From NCBI GenBank assembly GCA_963662285.2, contig CAXXMV010000002.1:1216001-1280000 (forward strand): a stretch of 64,000 nt of DNA. Reading direction: 5' to 3'. This DNA is from a bacterium. GTDB taxonomy: Bacteria > Hinthialibacterota > Hinthialibacteria > Hinthialibacterales > Hinthialibacteraceae. Below the pieces are notes generated by a model. The model ran no database searches and was not told the DNA's origin. It saw only the letters and a list, made by a program, of their open reading frames with translations. How positions within the stretch are numbered: position 1 is the stretch's first letter; each line of letters begins with the position of its first letter. Shown in pieces: positions 34,682-43,895 of this stretch. The position numbers and the translations under genes were made by a program.

Positions 34682-36007
34682 ATGAAGAGAAATTGTATAG
34701 CCTTACTTGTTATGCTAACCGTTTGGTCTGTTAGTGTATGCGGCGCCGATTGGCCGCAGTTTTTAGGTCCGGATAGAAACGCCGTATCACCGGAAACCGG
34801 ATTAGCCCGCAGTTGGCCTGAAAGCGGTCCACAAGTGAATTGGACTTTTCCTTTAGGCAGCGGATATGGCGCCCCGGCGGTTTTTAACGGTAAGGTCTAT
34901 GTTTTGGATAGAGTTGACAGCAGCCAGGATGTGTTGCGCTGCCTCGATCTGGGCACGGGTAAAGAAGAATGGTCTTTTGCTTATGATGCTCCGGGACGCG
35001 TCAGCCACTCTGGTTCACGATCCGTACCCTCAGTAGATGAACAGCGGATTTACACCTGTGGACCTCATGGGGACGTTTATTGCATTGACAAGACAACGCA
35101 TAAATCGCTTTGGAACAAGAATTTTAAAACCGATTTCGGAGAAGGCGCGAGATTAGGCTGGGGTTTCGGTCAGAATCCTTTACTTTATAAAGACATGCTG
35201 ATTGTGGCGCCGATGGCTTCAGAAGCAGGTGTGGTGGCGCTGGATAAGGTGACTGGCGAGATTCGCTGGAAGACGCCGCCGATGCCGGGAGGCGCAAGCT
35301 ACGTTTCTCCCACTATAATTAGTGTCGACGGGGTCGAACAGGTTGTCATGATAAGCGCTGCTGAACGATCCAGAAGACGTGGACGGGATCGTGATAGTGC
35401 GCCAAGTAGTGGAGACAATCCGGCGCCGGGCGCAAATAAAGGAAGCATTATAGGGTATGATCCCGCTACTGGACGGCAATTATGGATTTATAATGGCGGT
35501 TGGCAGTGTCAAATCCCTATCCCGAATTTAGTTTCTATCGGAGATGGCCGCTTTTTTATCACGGGCGGCTACGAAGCCGGTTCGGCTATGATTAAGATCA
35601 CAAAAACCGACCAGACTTACGCTGTTGAAGAATTATATACAACCCAAAATTTCGGCGCTCACATCCATCCACCTTTGCTGATTAAAGATAACCTTTACGG
35701 CCATTGCACCACCAATTCACGCCGTGATGGAATGGTGTGCATGAATGTGGATGGTAAACTTCAGTGGAAAACTGAACGATCACCTGTTTTCGATAAAGGT
35801 GGATTCATTTTAGCTGATGGGCTGATCTTCAGCGTTGACGGACGTGATGGATTTTTGTACTTGATCGATCCATCACCGGAAGGCTTCAAGCCTCTTGCCA
35901 AAGCGAAACTGCTCGAACCAGGCGAAGTCTGGTCACCCCTGGCGCTGGTCGATGGCAAATTATTGATCCGCGATCAGACCCAGATGAAATGCGTTACCGT
36001 CCGCTAA
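34682..36007 (+). CDS. PQQ-like beta-propeller protein 6, secreted
   Basis: RBS AGGAGG, DWPQFLGP, WSPLALVDG, plus an Arg-rich insertion. Confidence 0.9.
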   Translation: MKRNCIALLVMLTVWSVSVCGADWPQFLGPDRNAVSPETGLARSWPESGPQVNWTFPLGSGYGAPAVFNGKVYVLDRVDSSQDVLRCLDLGTGKEEWSFAYDAPGRVSHSGSRSVPSVDEQRIYTCGPHGDVYCIDKTTHKSLWNKNFKTDFGEGARLGWGFGQNPLLYKDMLIVAPMASEAGVVALDKVTGEIRWKTPPMPGGASYVSPTIISVDGVEQVVMISAAERSRRRGRDRDSAPSSGDNPAPGANKGSIIGYDPATGRQLWIYNGGWQCQIPIPNLVSIGDGRFFITGGYEAGSAMIKITKTDQTYAVEELYTTQNFGAHIHPPLLIKDNLYGHCTTNSRRDGMVCMNVDGKLQWKTERSPVFDKGGFILADGLIFSVDGRDGFLYLIDPSPEGFKPLAKAKLLEPGEVWSPLALVDGKLLIRDQTQMKCVTVR

Positions 36008-36068
36008 TTGGCATGGATAATAATATGCCATAGCTAATAAATATATTTGGCTGGATTGTAATAATAAT

Positions 36069-36115
36069 CGGAATTGATCCTGGAACGGTTATATCCAGTG
36101 ATCAATTCCGTTTTT
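36069..36115 (+). terminator. Probable intrinsic terminator after propeller 6
   Basis: cggaattgatc...gatcaattccg followed by TTTTT. Confidence 0.7.
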
Positions 36116-36203
36116 ATCATTACAATTATCATATAAGTTTTATGTTTATGATGGATCTGAATAAATCCTGTGCTGTGCTTTTGTCTAAGGATATTCTAGT
36201 AAT

Positions 36204-37427
36204 ATGGGTAAATGGTTGAAAATTGCGATTGCCACGGTTTTATTGCTTCTTCTTATCGGTCTCCTCGCGGGTCTGTTGATGATGAAAAGAGGTAATCAAT
36301 CCGGAGCAGTCCAGCAGGATATTCTCCAAAAAGAGAACAATGTCATAGGATCGTCGCAACAGCCTGCAAAAAAGTATGCGCCATGGCCGATGTTCCACGG
36401 TGATCCTCGCTTAACCGGGATTACCAATTGCGCTTTACCGGATGAACCTGTTTTTTACTGGAAATTTAAGACCGATGCGGCAATCATATCTTCAGCAGTT
36501 ATTAGCGATGGCCGCGTCTATATAGGATCGAAGGACTCAAACCTATATGCTTTAGACCTGTATAACGGAGAAGAAATCTGGCGCTTTACTACAGGGAAAT
36601 CGATTGAAGGTTCACCATGCCTGTTGGATGATACGGTTTATGTCGGCTCATCCGATTCGTTGGTTTATGCTGTCGACGCCTCGACTGGAGTCTTAAAATG
36701 GAAATACGATACCAGAGGCCGGATTTTAGGAGGCGTGAATTGGACTCGTGTTGCTGGTGAAGAGAACGCACGGATATTGGTAGGCAGTTATGACGCCAAA
36801 CTCCACTGCCTGAACTCAGAAACTGGAAAGCCGGTCTGGGTTTATAAATCAAATCACTACATACACGGTACGCCTGCTGTAGTGGATGGTCAGGTGGTTT
36901 TTGGCGGGTGCGACGCTCATGTCCATTTTGTTTCCGTTGATAACGGCGGGTTGAATGCCAAGGTAGATGTCGGTTCCTATATTGCCGCTTCGGCGGCGCT
37001 AGCAGACCAAAAGGTTTTTATCGGGCACTATGAAGGAAAGTTTCTATGCGTCGACGCTGAACAGAAGAAGGTCATCTGGGAGTACGAATTATCGAAACCC
37101 ATTTGTTCCACCGCCGCCTTGTCAGGCGACCGGATTGTCTTCGGCAGCCGAGACAATCGTCTGCATTGTATTGACCGGAATGCGGGAACCATGATATGGA
37201 CCTTCCGTACCCGCGACGACGTGGATTCAAGCCCGGTAATAGCTATCGACAAGGTCATTGTCGGTTCCGATGATGGCTATTTGTATATAGTAAGACTTGA
37301 TGATGGCAAGGAAATTTGGAAATACCAGATCGGCGCCTCTATAAAAGCATCTCCCGCTGTGGCCTATGATCGGATTGTCATTGGTGCGGAGGATGGTTAT
37401 ATCTATGCCTTCGGGCCGGAAATTTAA
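36204..37427 (+). CDS. PQQ-like beta-propeller protein 7, membrane-anchored, paralog of protein 5
   Basis: N-terminal TM helix, WPMFHG, blades colinear with 27940-29082. Confidence 0.9.
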   Translation: MGKWLKIAIATVLLLLLIGLLAGLLMMKRGNQSGAVQQDILQKENNVIGSSQQPAKKYAPWPMFHGDPRLTGITNCALPDEPVFYWKFKTDAAIISSAVISDGRVYIGSKDSNLYALDLYNGEEIWRFTTGKSIEGSPCLLDDTVYVGSSDSLVYAVDASTGVLKWKYDTRGRILGGVNWTRVAGEENARILVGSYDAKLHCLNSETGKPVWVYKSNHYIHGTPAVVDGQVVFGGCDAHVHFVSVDNGGLNAKVDVGSYIAASAALADQKVFIGHYEGKFLCVDAEQKKVIWEYELSKPICSTAALSGDRIVFGSRDNRLHCIDRNAGTMIWTFRTRDDVDSSPVIAIDKVIVGSDDGYLYIVRLDDGKEIWKYQIGASIKASPAVAYDRIVIGAEDGYIYAFGPEI

Positions 37428-37471
37428 CAATATTAAAAAGAACTGAATGTTTTCAGTGGCAGGAACAAGTA

Positions 37472-38893
37472 ATGGCGGATTCAGGATTGAAAAGAGTATA
37501 CGAGAAAGACTTTGTAATCGATAAGATAATTATCGGCAGTTTCGCCATAGCTGCGATTCTGTCTTTATGGCTTTGGCTCAGCGCCGGTCTGCCAATGCTT
37601 CTTAAGGAACGCGTTCCGGGAATGGATAATGCTGGCCAGAATTCTGCAACGGGCGGCAGCCGCACCGGGCCGGTTGGAGTCCTGACTACAGCGACGGGAA
37701 TCCCCGCTGATCTGAAGGGCGCATGGCCATGCTTTCGCGGTGAAAACTTAGACAATATCAGTAAGGATGTTTTTACGCCCCTCCCGGTCGGCGCAGGTTT
37801 TCCTGAACTTTGGGCTATTGATGTCGGCGAGGGACATGCCGGGGCGACAATCTGGGATGGCCGTGTTTATCTGATGGATTATGATCGAGAGAATAGCTCA
37901 GATGCTTTGCGTTGTCTTTCTCTGGCGGATGGTCAGGAAATCTGGCGTTATGCTTATCCGGTAAGGGTAAAACGCAATCATGGCATGAGCCGGACCACGC
38001 CTTATGTAACAGAAAATTTCGTGGTTTCACTGGGTCCCAAATGTCATGTCACTTGCCTGAATTCCATAAGCGGAGAGAAAAAATGGAGTTTGGATCTGGT
38101 GCAAGCATACGGCGCCAAAGTTCCACCCTGGTATGCCGGACAGTGTCCCCTGGTTGATCAGAATCGGGTTATCCTTGCGCCGGGCGGCTCTTCGCTTATG
38201 ATTGCTGTTGATCCTGAAACGGGGGAAACAATCTGGGAAACGCCCAATCCCAATGACTGGAAAATGACTCATACCTCCATCATGCCGATGGATTTCAAGG
38301 GAAAACGTATATACGTATACTGCGCCAGCGGCGGGATTACCGGCGTCTCCGCTGAAGATGGAAGCATCTTGTGGGAAAGTTCTGAATGGAAAATCCGCAT
38401 TGCCAATGTGCCTTCTCCAGTTGTGGTGGGAGAAGGATTGATCTTTCTCTGCGGAGGTTATGAGGCTGGCAGTATGATGATGCAACTGGAAGAGAAAGAT
38501 GGGCGCATCATTCCTAAATCTCTTTTCCGTATGCCTCCGGAGCGTTTCGGCTCAGCCCAGCAGACGCCGATTTTCTATAAAGGTTATATCTACGGAGTAA
38601 GGCCGGATGGCCAATTGGTTTGTTTTGATCTGGAAGGTAATGAAAAATGGACCAGCACCAGCGCTTACAAATTTGGTATGGGGCCTTACGCCATCGTCGG
38701 TTCACAGATTTACGTTATGAACGACTCTGGACTCTTAAGCCGGGTGGCGGCTGATTCAAAGGAGTTTCGTCTGCTCGATCAAACTCAGGTGTTGCACGGT
38801 CATGATTCATGGGGGCCGATAGCCTATGCCTCAGGCCGGATGATTCTTCGCGACCTTACTAAAATGGTCTGCCTGGATACGGTTGCTAGATGA
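37472..38893 (+). CDS. PQQ-like beta-propeller protein 8, membrane-anchored
   Basis: TM helix, WPCFRG, VKRNHGMSRTTP, SWGPIA. Confidence 0.9.
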   Translation: MADSGLKRVYEKDFVIDKIIIGSFAIAAILSLWLWLSAGLPMLLKERVPGMDNAGQNSATGGSRTGPVGVLTTATGIPADLKGAWPCFRGENLDNISKDVFTPLPVGAGFPELWAIDVGEGHAGATIWDGRVYLMDYDRENSSDALRCLSLADGQEIWRYAYPVRVKRNHGMSRTTPYVTENFVVSLGPKCHVTCLNSISGEKKWSLDLVQAYGAKVPPWYAGQCPLVDQNRVILAPGGSSLMIAVDPETGETIWETPNPNDWKMTHTSIMPMDFKGKRIYVYCASGGITGVSAEDGSILWESSEWKIRIANVPSPVVVGEGLIFLCGGYEAGSMMMQLEEKDGRIIPKSLFRMPPERFGSAQQTPIFYKGYIYGVRPDGQLVCFDLEGNEKWTSTSAYKFGMGPYAIVGSQIYVMNDSGLLSRVAADSKEFRLLDQTQVLHGHDSWGPIAYASGRMILRDLTKMVCLDTVAR

Positions 38894-39932
38894 AGCATCG
38901 AATAGCAAGGAGCATGTGATAATGAATACGCAACGGTCTTTTCATGCACAGAAACTGATCGTCCCCGTCATCGCATTGGCTGTTATATGCGCTCTCCTGT
39001 CGCTTTTCTTTTCGGATATCTTCGGTGAAAAGGGCAGCGGTTTAAGTGAGGAATTCACCTATGATTTAACGGAATTTCAAAAAACCGATCCGGCGCTGAT
39101 CCTATACGAAGAAACCGGGTCCAGGATTAAGGCTGGATTTGAACGGGCGCGCGCCATAGCGGTGAATTCCAAGGATCAGATTTATGTCGCCGGAGGCAAG
39201 GCCGTACATGCTTTCACTTCGAGTGGTAAACCATTACCTCTCGAGATCGAGTGTGAGCAGGAAATAACAGCCATAACAGTCGCGGATGACGATTCTATAT
39301 ATATTGGCGCCGGGGATCACATTGAAATCTTTGACCCGTCCGGCGCCTTGAAAAAACGATGGGAGCCTATTGATCCTAAAGCCCTGCTAACCTCAATCGC
39401 AATTTATAAAGAAGATGTATTTATCGCAGATGCCGGAAATCGGGTGGTGCACCATTTCAACATCTCAGGCGGCAAGAAAGAATCGTTTGGAGATTTCGTG
39501 ATTCCCAGCGCATATTTTGATCTGGCTATTTCTGCTGATGGTCTAATCCATCTGACTCACACCGGGGAACACCGTATTGAAACTTATGGCTTTGATGGCA
39601 ATTTGATATCCTGGTGGGGCGGGTTTTCCAATGATGATTACAAAGATTTTTGTGGATGCTGCAACCCTGTCAATTTCGCCATTCTTCCTGACGGCGGCGG
39701 TTACGTAACGTGTGAAAAGGGTCTTACCCGGATCAAACTTTATGATAATAAAGGCGTCTTCAAGGGATTCGTGGCTGGCCCCGAACAGTTTGAGCAGCAC
39801 GACGCTCTATGCGTTACTCCAGCGTATTGCTATGACCGGGTTGGGCTGGATACGGCGGTTGATTCAAAAGGCCGGGTATTAGCGCTAGACCCGATCTTGG
39901 CGGAAATACGTATATTCGAACTAAAAAAGTAA
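38883..39932 (+). CDS. Membrane-anchored NHL-like beta-propeller with an FCGCCNP motif
   Basis: TM helix, AIAVNSKDQIYVA, FIADAGNRVV, AVDSKGRVL. Alternative ATG at 38922. Confidence 0.8.
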   Translation: MLDEASNSKEHVIMNTQRSFHAQKLIVPVIALAVICALLSLFFSDIFGEKGSGLSEEFTYDLTEFQKTDPALILYEETGSRIKAGFERARAIAVNSKDQIYVAGGKAVHAFTSSGKPLPLEIECEQEITAITVADDDSIYIGAGDHIEIFDPSGALKKRWEPIDPKALLTSIAIYKEDVFIADAGNRVVHHFNISGGKKESFGDFVIPSAYFDLAISADGLIHLTHTGEHRIETYGFDGNLISWWGGFSNDDYKDFCGCCNPVNFAILPDGGGYVTCEKGLTRIKLYDNKGVFKGFVAGPEQFEQHDALCVTPAYCYDRVGLDTAVDSKGRVLALDPILAEIRIFELKK

Positions 39933-39955
39933 TGAAGTAATACCGGAGATTTAAT

Positions 39956-40186
39956 ATGAGTCGACTAACAGAAGAAATCAAAAGCCGGCGTGATCTGCTG
40001 CGGGCTATAGGCCGCGCCATCTCCCTGGGTTGTCTGGCGATTATAGGAGGCGTGGTTATGTTAAGGAAAAGCAATTCTCAACAAGGGCAGGCCTGCCGGA
40101 ATCTCGATCTCTGCCAGGGATGCAAGGTTTTCGAGCGCTGCGCATTACCTCAGCGCTTAACTCTGGGAAAAAATGACAAGGAATAG
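39956..40186 (+). CDS. Small Tat-like membrane protein with a four-Cys C-terminal motif
   Basis: RBS GGAG, SRRDLL plus hydrophobic helix, C-x5-C-x2-C-x5-C. Overlaps the start of the next gene. Confidence 0.75.
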   Translation: MSRLTEEIKSRRDLLRAIGRAISLGCLAIIGGVVMLRKSNSQQGQACRNLDLCQGCKVFERCALPQRLTLGKNDKE

Positions 40187-40787
40187 AAGCATGGATAAGC
40201 CCGATAAAGATATAACGAAGAAAGATATAACGAAGAAAGATATAACCAGGCGCAGCCTCTTGAACGGCGGCATTCGAGGCGCCTGTTTTTTAGGCGTAAG
40301 CGGTGTGGTTGGTATGCTGATGAAGGGTGGTCAGGCGCAGTCGACCTGCTGGCAGATTGACCCCGCCAAGTGCGTCGCTTGCGGCAATTGCGCCACCTAT
40401 TGCGTGCTCGAAGAATCTGCGGTCAAGTGTGTTCACACTTATTCCATGTGTGGATACTGCGAACTTTGCACCGGATTTTTCGATCCAGCTCCCAAGGCGC
40501 TCAATACCGGCGCCGAAAACCAACTCTGTCCCACTGGCGCTATCATTCGTACATTTATAGAAGACCCCTACTACGAGTATACCATTGACGAAAGTCTGTG
40601 CATCGGCTGCGGCAAATGCGTCAAAGGCTGCAAGGCTTTTGGCAACGGCTCTCTTTATCTTCAGGTGCGGCATGACCGGTGCGTGAACTGCAACGTGTGC
40701 GCCATTGCGCTGGCCTGTCCATCCGATGCTTTCAAACGTGTGCCGTTGGATCAGCCCTACTTACTGAAAGGAACCAACCACAGCTGA
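40173..40787 (+). CDS. Tat-type polyferredoxin (NapG/MauM-like role inferred)
   Basis: TRRSLL leader, CVACGNCATYC, CGYCELC...CP, CIGCGKCVKGC, CVNCNVC-x5-CP. Confidence 0.88.
   Translation: MTRNRSMDKPDKDITKKDITKKDITRRSLLNGGIRGACFLGVSGVVGMLMKGGQAQSTCWQIDPAKCVACGNCATYCVLEESAVKCVHTYSMCGYCELCTGFFDPAPKALNTGAENQLCPTGAIIRTFIEDPYYEYTIDESLCIGCGKCVKGCKAFGNGSLYLQVRHDRCVNCNVCAIALACPSDAFKRVPLDQPYLLKGTNHS
40206..40246 (+). repeat. 15-bp in-frame tandem repeat, about 2.7 copies (KDITK)
   Basis: aaagatataacgaag aaagatataacgaag aaagatataac. Confidence 0.95.
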
Positions 40788-42097
40788 TGATTGCTCATAC
40801 CATGCCGTTCCTTATGTCGCTCATAGGTCTGGCCGCTCCAGCCGGGGATGTAGAGCGGTTTCCACCGCCGGATTTTGATGGTGGACATATTCTGCCCTCT
40901 ACTCAAATCCCTCTGCCCAGGGCTGAACTGTGGAACTACCTGGATGTGGCAGTGCTGTTTCTCGCGCTTTCTTTGGCCTCTTATTTAGTCATTAAAAAGC
41001 GCAGCCGCCGCGGCATCTTTATGCTCACTATTTTCTCCTTGGTCTATTTCGGATTCATCAGACAAGGATGCATCTGTTCCATTGGCGCCATTCAGAATAT
41101 TACGCTGGCTCTTTTTGATCAAACCTACGCCATCCCTTTTGCTGCGGCTGCTTTTTTTCTATTGCCGCTGCTCTTCAGCCTTTTCTTCGGGCGGGTATTT
41201 TGTTCGGGGGTCTGTCCATTGGGAGCGATTCAAGACCTGGTGTTAATCAAACCTGTTAAAATTCCCCGGTGGCTCCAGCATTCTCTTGGTTTACTGCCCT
41301 ACCTTTATCTTGGCGCGGCGGTGCTGTTCGCCGCAATGGGTAGTGTGTTCATTATCTGTAAATACGATCCCTTTGTGGCCTTTTTTCGCCTGTCGGGTAA
41401 TGCAAACATTATTGTATTGAGTATATCCATGCTTGTGATTAGCATGTTTGTCGGGCGGCCATACTGCCTTTTCCTCTGTCCTTATAGCGTACTGCTGCGG
41501 TTTCTTTCCCGTTTTTCCCAATGGCGGGTGACGGTTGCTCCGGATGAGTGCTTAAAGTGCCGGTTGTGCGAGGCGGCGTGTCCCTTCGGCGCCATTACCG
41601 ATCCCACGCCGGAAGATATGCGCCCTCCTGATACCACAGACCGGAGACGTCTGGCCGGGTTGCTGCTCTCTGCGCCGTTGATCATCATTCTCTGTGGATG
41701 GATTTTCTCGTATGCCGGAGATCCTTTTTCCCGCATGCATTTCACGGTCCGCTTAGCCGAGAGGATTGTTCTCGAAGACAGTGGTAAAGTAGACCTGATA
41801 TCCGATGCCAGCAAAGCGTTTCGGGATACCGGAAAATCCAAAGAAATCCTTTTTGAAGAAGCCAAAATTTTACGGCGCCAATTTTCGTTTGCCGGATGGC
41901 TTCTGGGATGTTTTATGGGATTGGTGATTATCGGCAAATTAATCGGGCTGTCAGTGTTTAGAAAACGAATCGATTACGAAGCTGATCGCGCCGGATGTCT
42001 GGCTTGTGGCCGTTGTTTTGTTTACTGCCCCCTTGAACCTGAGCGGCTGCACGAGTGCCAATATGCGCAGGTGGATCGAGTATTAGAAGAAAAATGA
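40787..42097 (+). CDS. NapH/MauN/NosR-like integral membrane Fe-S protein
   Basis: Multi-TM, GRVFCSGVCPLG and RPYCLFLCPY (CxxxCP), CLKCRLCEAACP, CLACGRCFVYCP. ATG at 40787 overlaps the upstream TGA. Confidence 0.9.
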   Translation: MIAHTMPFLMSLIGLAAPAGDVERFPPPDFDGGHILPSTQIPLPRAELWNYLDVAVLFLALSLASYLVIKKRSRRGIFMLTIFSLVYFGFIRQGCICSIGAIQNITLALFDQTYAIPFAAAAFFLLPLLFSLFFGRVFCSGVCPLGAIQDLVLIKPVKIPRWLQHSLGLLPYLYLGAAVLFAAMGSVFIICKYDPFVAFFRLSGNANIIVLSISMLVISMFVGRPYCLFLCPYSVLLRFLSRFSQWRVTVAPDECLKCRLCEAACPFGAITDPTPEDMRPPDTTDRRRLAGLLLSAPLIIILCGWIFSYAGDPFSRMHFTVRLAERIVLEDSGKVDLISDASKAFRDTGKSKEILFEEAKILRRQFSFAGWLLGCFMGLVIIGKLIGLSVFRKRIDYEADRAGCLACGRCFVYCPLEPERLHECQYAQVDRVLEEK

Positions 42098-43857
42098 ATC
42101 AGACAATGAATGACAATAATAAACATGACATGCGTTGGTATTCCACTGTCAGGGGAATCGCCGTTGTTTCAGGCGTCTTCTCTCTGATTGTAGCTGGTTT
42201 GCTTATGCAAAACTACATAGCCGATCAGCGGGGGCTTCCAGAGAAAGAAGCCCTCTATTCAGCAAAACTGGTGCAGCAGAAAGAACTGCTCAGCCAAAAT
42301 CCGCGTAGTGAAGAGATAAAAAATGAGCTGCGGGGCCTGGACCTTGAACTAAGACAGGGATATTTCCAGCGCAAGGCTTTCGCCCGGCGGGGAAAGTATC
42401 TTCTTCTGGTAAGCATCGCGGTTTTCTTGCTGGCCATGAAAAAAGCAATATCCCTGAAGCAGGCGCTGGCGATGCTCGAACCTGAATTCCGGGATCAGGA
42501 TATCGAAGCGAAAAGCAGGATGCAGGCGCGATGGGCGGTGGGTATGCTTGGAATTATCATAGTCGGCGGCATCCTGGCTTTGGCTTTCACGCCCGGAATT
42601 GAACTGGTCTCTACTCCTATAGATTCAGGTGAAGATTCTACTCCTCCTCAACCGGAATATCCCACTGATGAAGAGTATCAAAATAACTGGCCTATATTCC
42701 GTGGTCATGGTGGGATGGGGATTTCCACTCATAGCGATGCGCCTACATCCTGGAATGGAGAGAACGGTGAAGGCATCCTGTGGAAAACCAAGACGCTGCT
42801 GCCGGGTAACAACTCTCCCATCGTCTGGGGTGACCGGATATTCATTTCTGGAGCCAATGAGACGGAAAAAGTGGTTTATTGCTATTCAACCGATTCCGGC
42901 GAACTGCTGTGGCAAGAACGGGTTGAAACGCCCCAAAGCACTGCTGCCAAAGATGATCTACAGATTTTTGAAGATACTGGTTATGCGGCTTCCACCATGG
43001 CTTGTGATGGCTCGCGGGTCTATGCGGTGTTCATTGATGGCGATATCGCCTGTTTCGATTTAGAAGGGCGTAGAGTCTGGGTAAAAAACCTGGGAATACC
43101 GGATAGTATTTACGGGTATGCAACCTCTCTTGTGGTGTATAATACTCTTGTGTTGGTGCAATACGACCAGGGCGAAGCCGATGACGACAAATCGGCGCTC
43201 TTTGCCCTGGAAGGAAAAACCGGGCAGATCGTATGGCGCAAGCAACGGCCTGTCGCCAATACATGGACCTCTCCGATTCTTATCGATACCGGCGCAGGAA
43301 AGCAATTTGTTACATGCTCAGAACCGTGGGTGATCGCCTATGATCCCGACACGGGAGATGAACTCTGGAAAGCCCAGCTGATGGGCGTGGATCTCGCCCC
43401 TTCTCCTATCTATGCCAATGGTTTGGTCTTCGTGATTCAGCCCAACGAAACATTGTTCGCAATCCGCCCTGATGGCCGGGGGGATGTGACGGAAACTCAT
43501 GTGGCTTGGACCGTCGATTGCATTGCGCCTGACATTTGCAGCCCGGTAAGCAACGGGAAACTGATCTTCCTGCTTACCACGCCAGGCGTTCTCACATGCT
43601 ACGACGCGACCAGCGGCGATATGATCTGGGAGCATGAAATGGATGACGCATTTCAGTCGTCTCCCAGTATTGCGGGGGAGTGGATTTATCTGTTAAGCGA
43701 AGAAGGCGTGACATACCGGATCAAAGCCTCTGACAAGTACGAGGAAGCCGAAAGCAAATCCTATTTGGACGAATGGCTGAAAGCCTCACCCGCCTTCATG
43801 GATGGCCGGATATTTATTCGAGGCGATATGCATTTGTACGGCATCGGGGAAAAATGA
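42094..43857 (+). CDS. PQQ-like beta-propeller protein 9 with three N-terminal TM helices
   Basis: ATGA coupling at 42094, three hydrophobic helices, then NWPIFRG, NSPIVWGD, ASPAF. Confidence 0.9.
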   Translation: MNQTMNDNNKHDMRWYSTVRGIAVVSGVFSLIVAGLLMQNYIADQRGLPEKEALYSAKLVQQKELLSQNPRSEEIKNELRGLDLELRQGYFQRKAFARRGKYLLLVSIAVFLLAMKKAISLKQALAMLEPEFRDQDIEAKSRMQARWAVGMLGIIIVGGILALAFTPGIELVSTPIDSGEDSTPPQPEYPTDEEYQNNWPIFRGHGGMGISTHSDAPTSWNGENGEGILWKTKTLLPGNNSPIVWGDRIFISGANETEKVVYCYSTDSGELLWQERVETPQSTAAKDDLQIFEDTGYAASTMACDGSRVYAVFIDGDIACFDLEGRRVWVKNLGIPDSIYGYATSLVVYNTLVLVQYDQGEADDDKSALFALEGKTGQIVWRKQRPVANTWTSPILIDTGAGKQFVTCSEPWVIAYDPDTGDELWKAQLMGVDLAPSPIYANGLVFVIQPNETLFAIRPDGRGDVTETHVAWTVDCIAPDICSPVSNGKLIFLLTTPGVLTCYDATSGDMIWEHEMDDAFQSSPSIAGEWIYLLSEEGVTYRIKASDKYEEAESKSYLDEWLKASPAFMDGRIFIRGDMHLYGIGEK

Positions 43858-43895
43858 TTTCCGGTTAAGCGCGATTCTATAAATAAGCGAACTTA

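Noticed and set aside
21811-43857. Calling the propellers PQQ-dependent dehydrogenases or BamB
   Set aside because: They are shorter than typical quinoprotein ADH/GDH and lack recognisable catalytic motifs. No pqq or bam genes are nearby. Only the repeat fold is supported.
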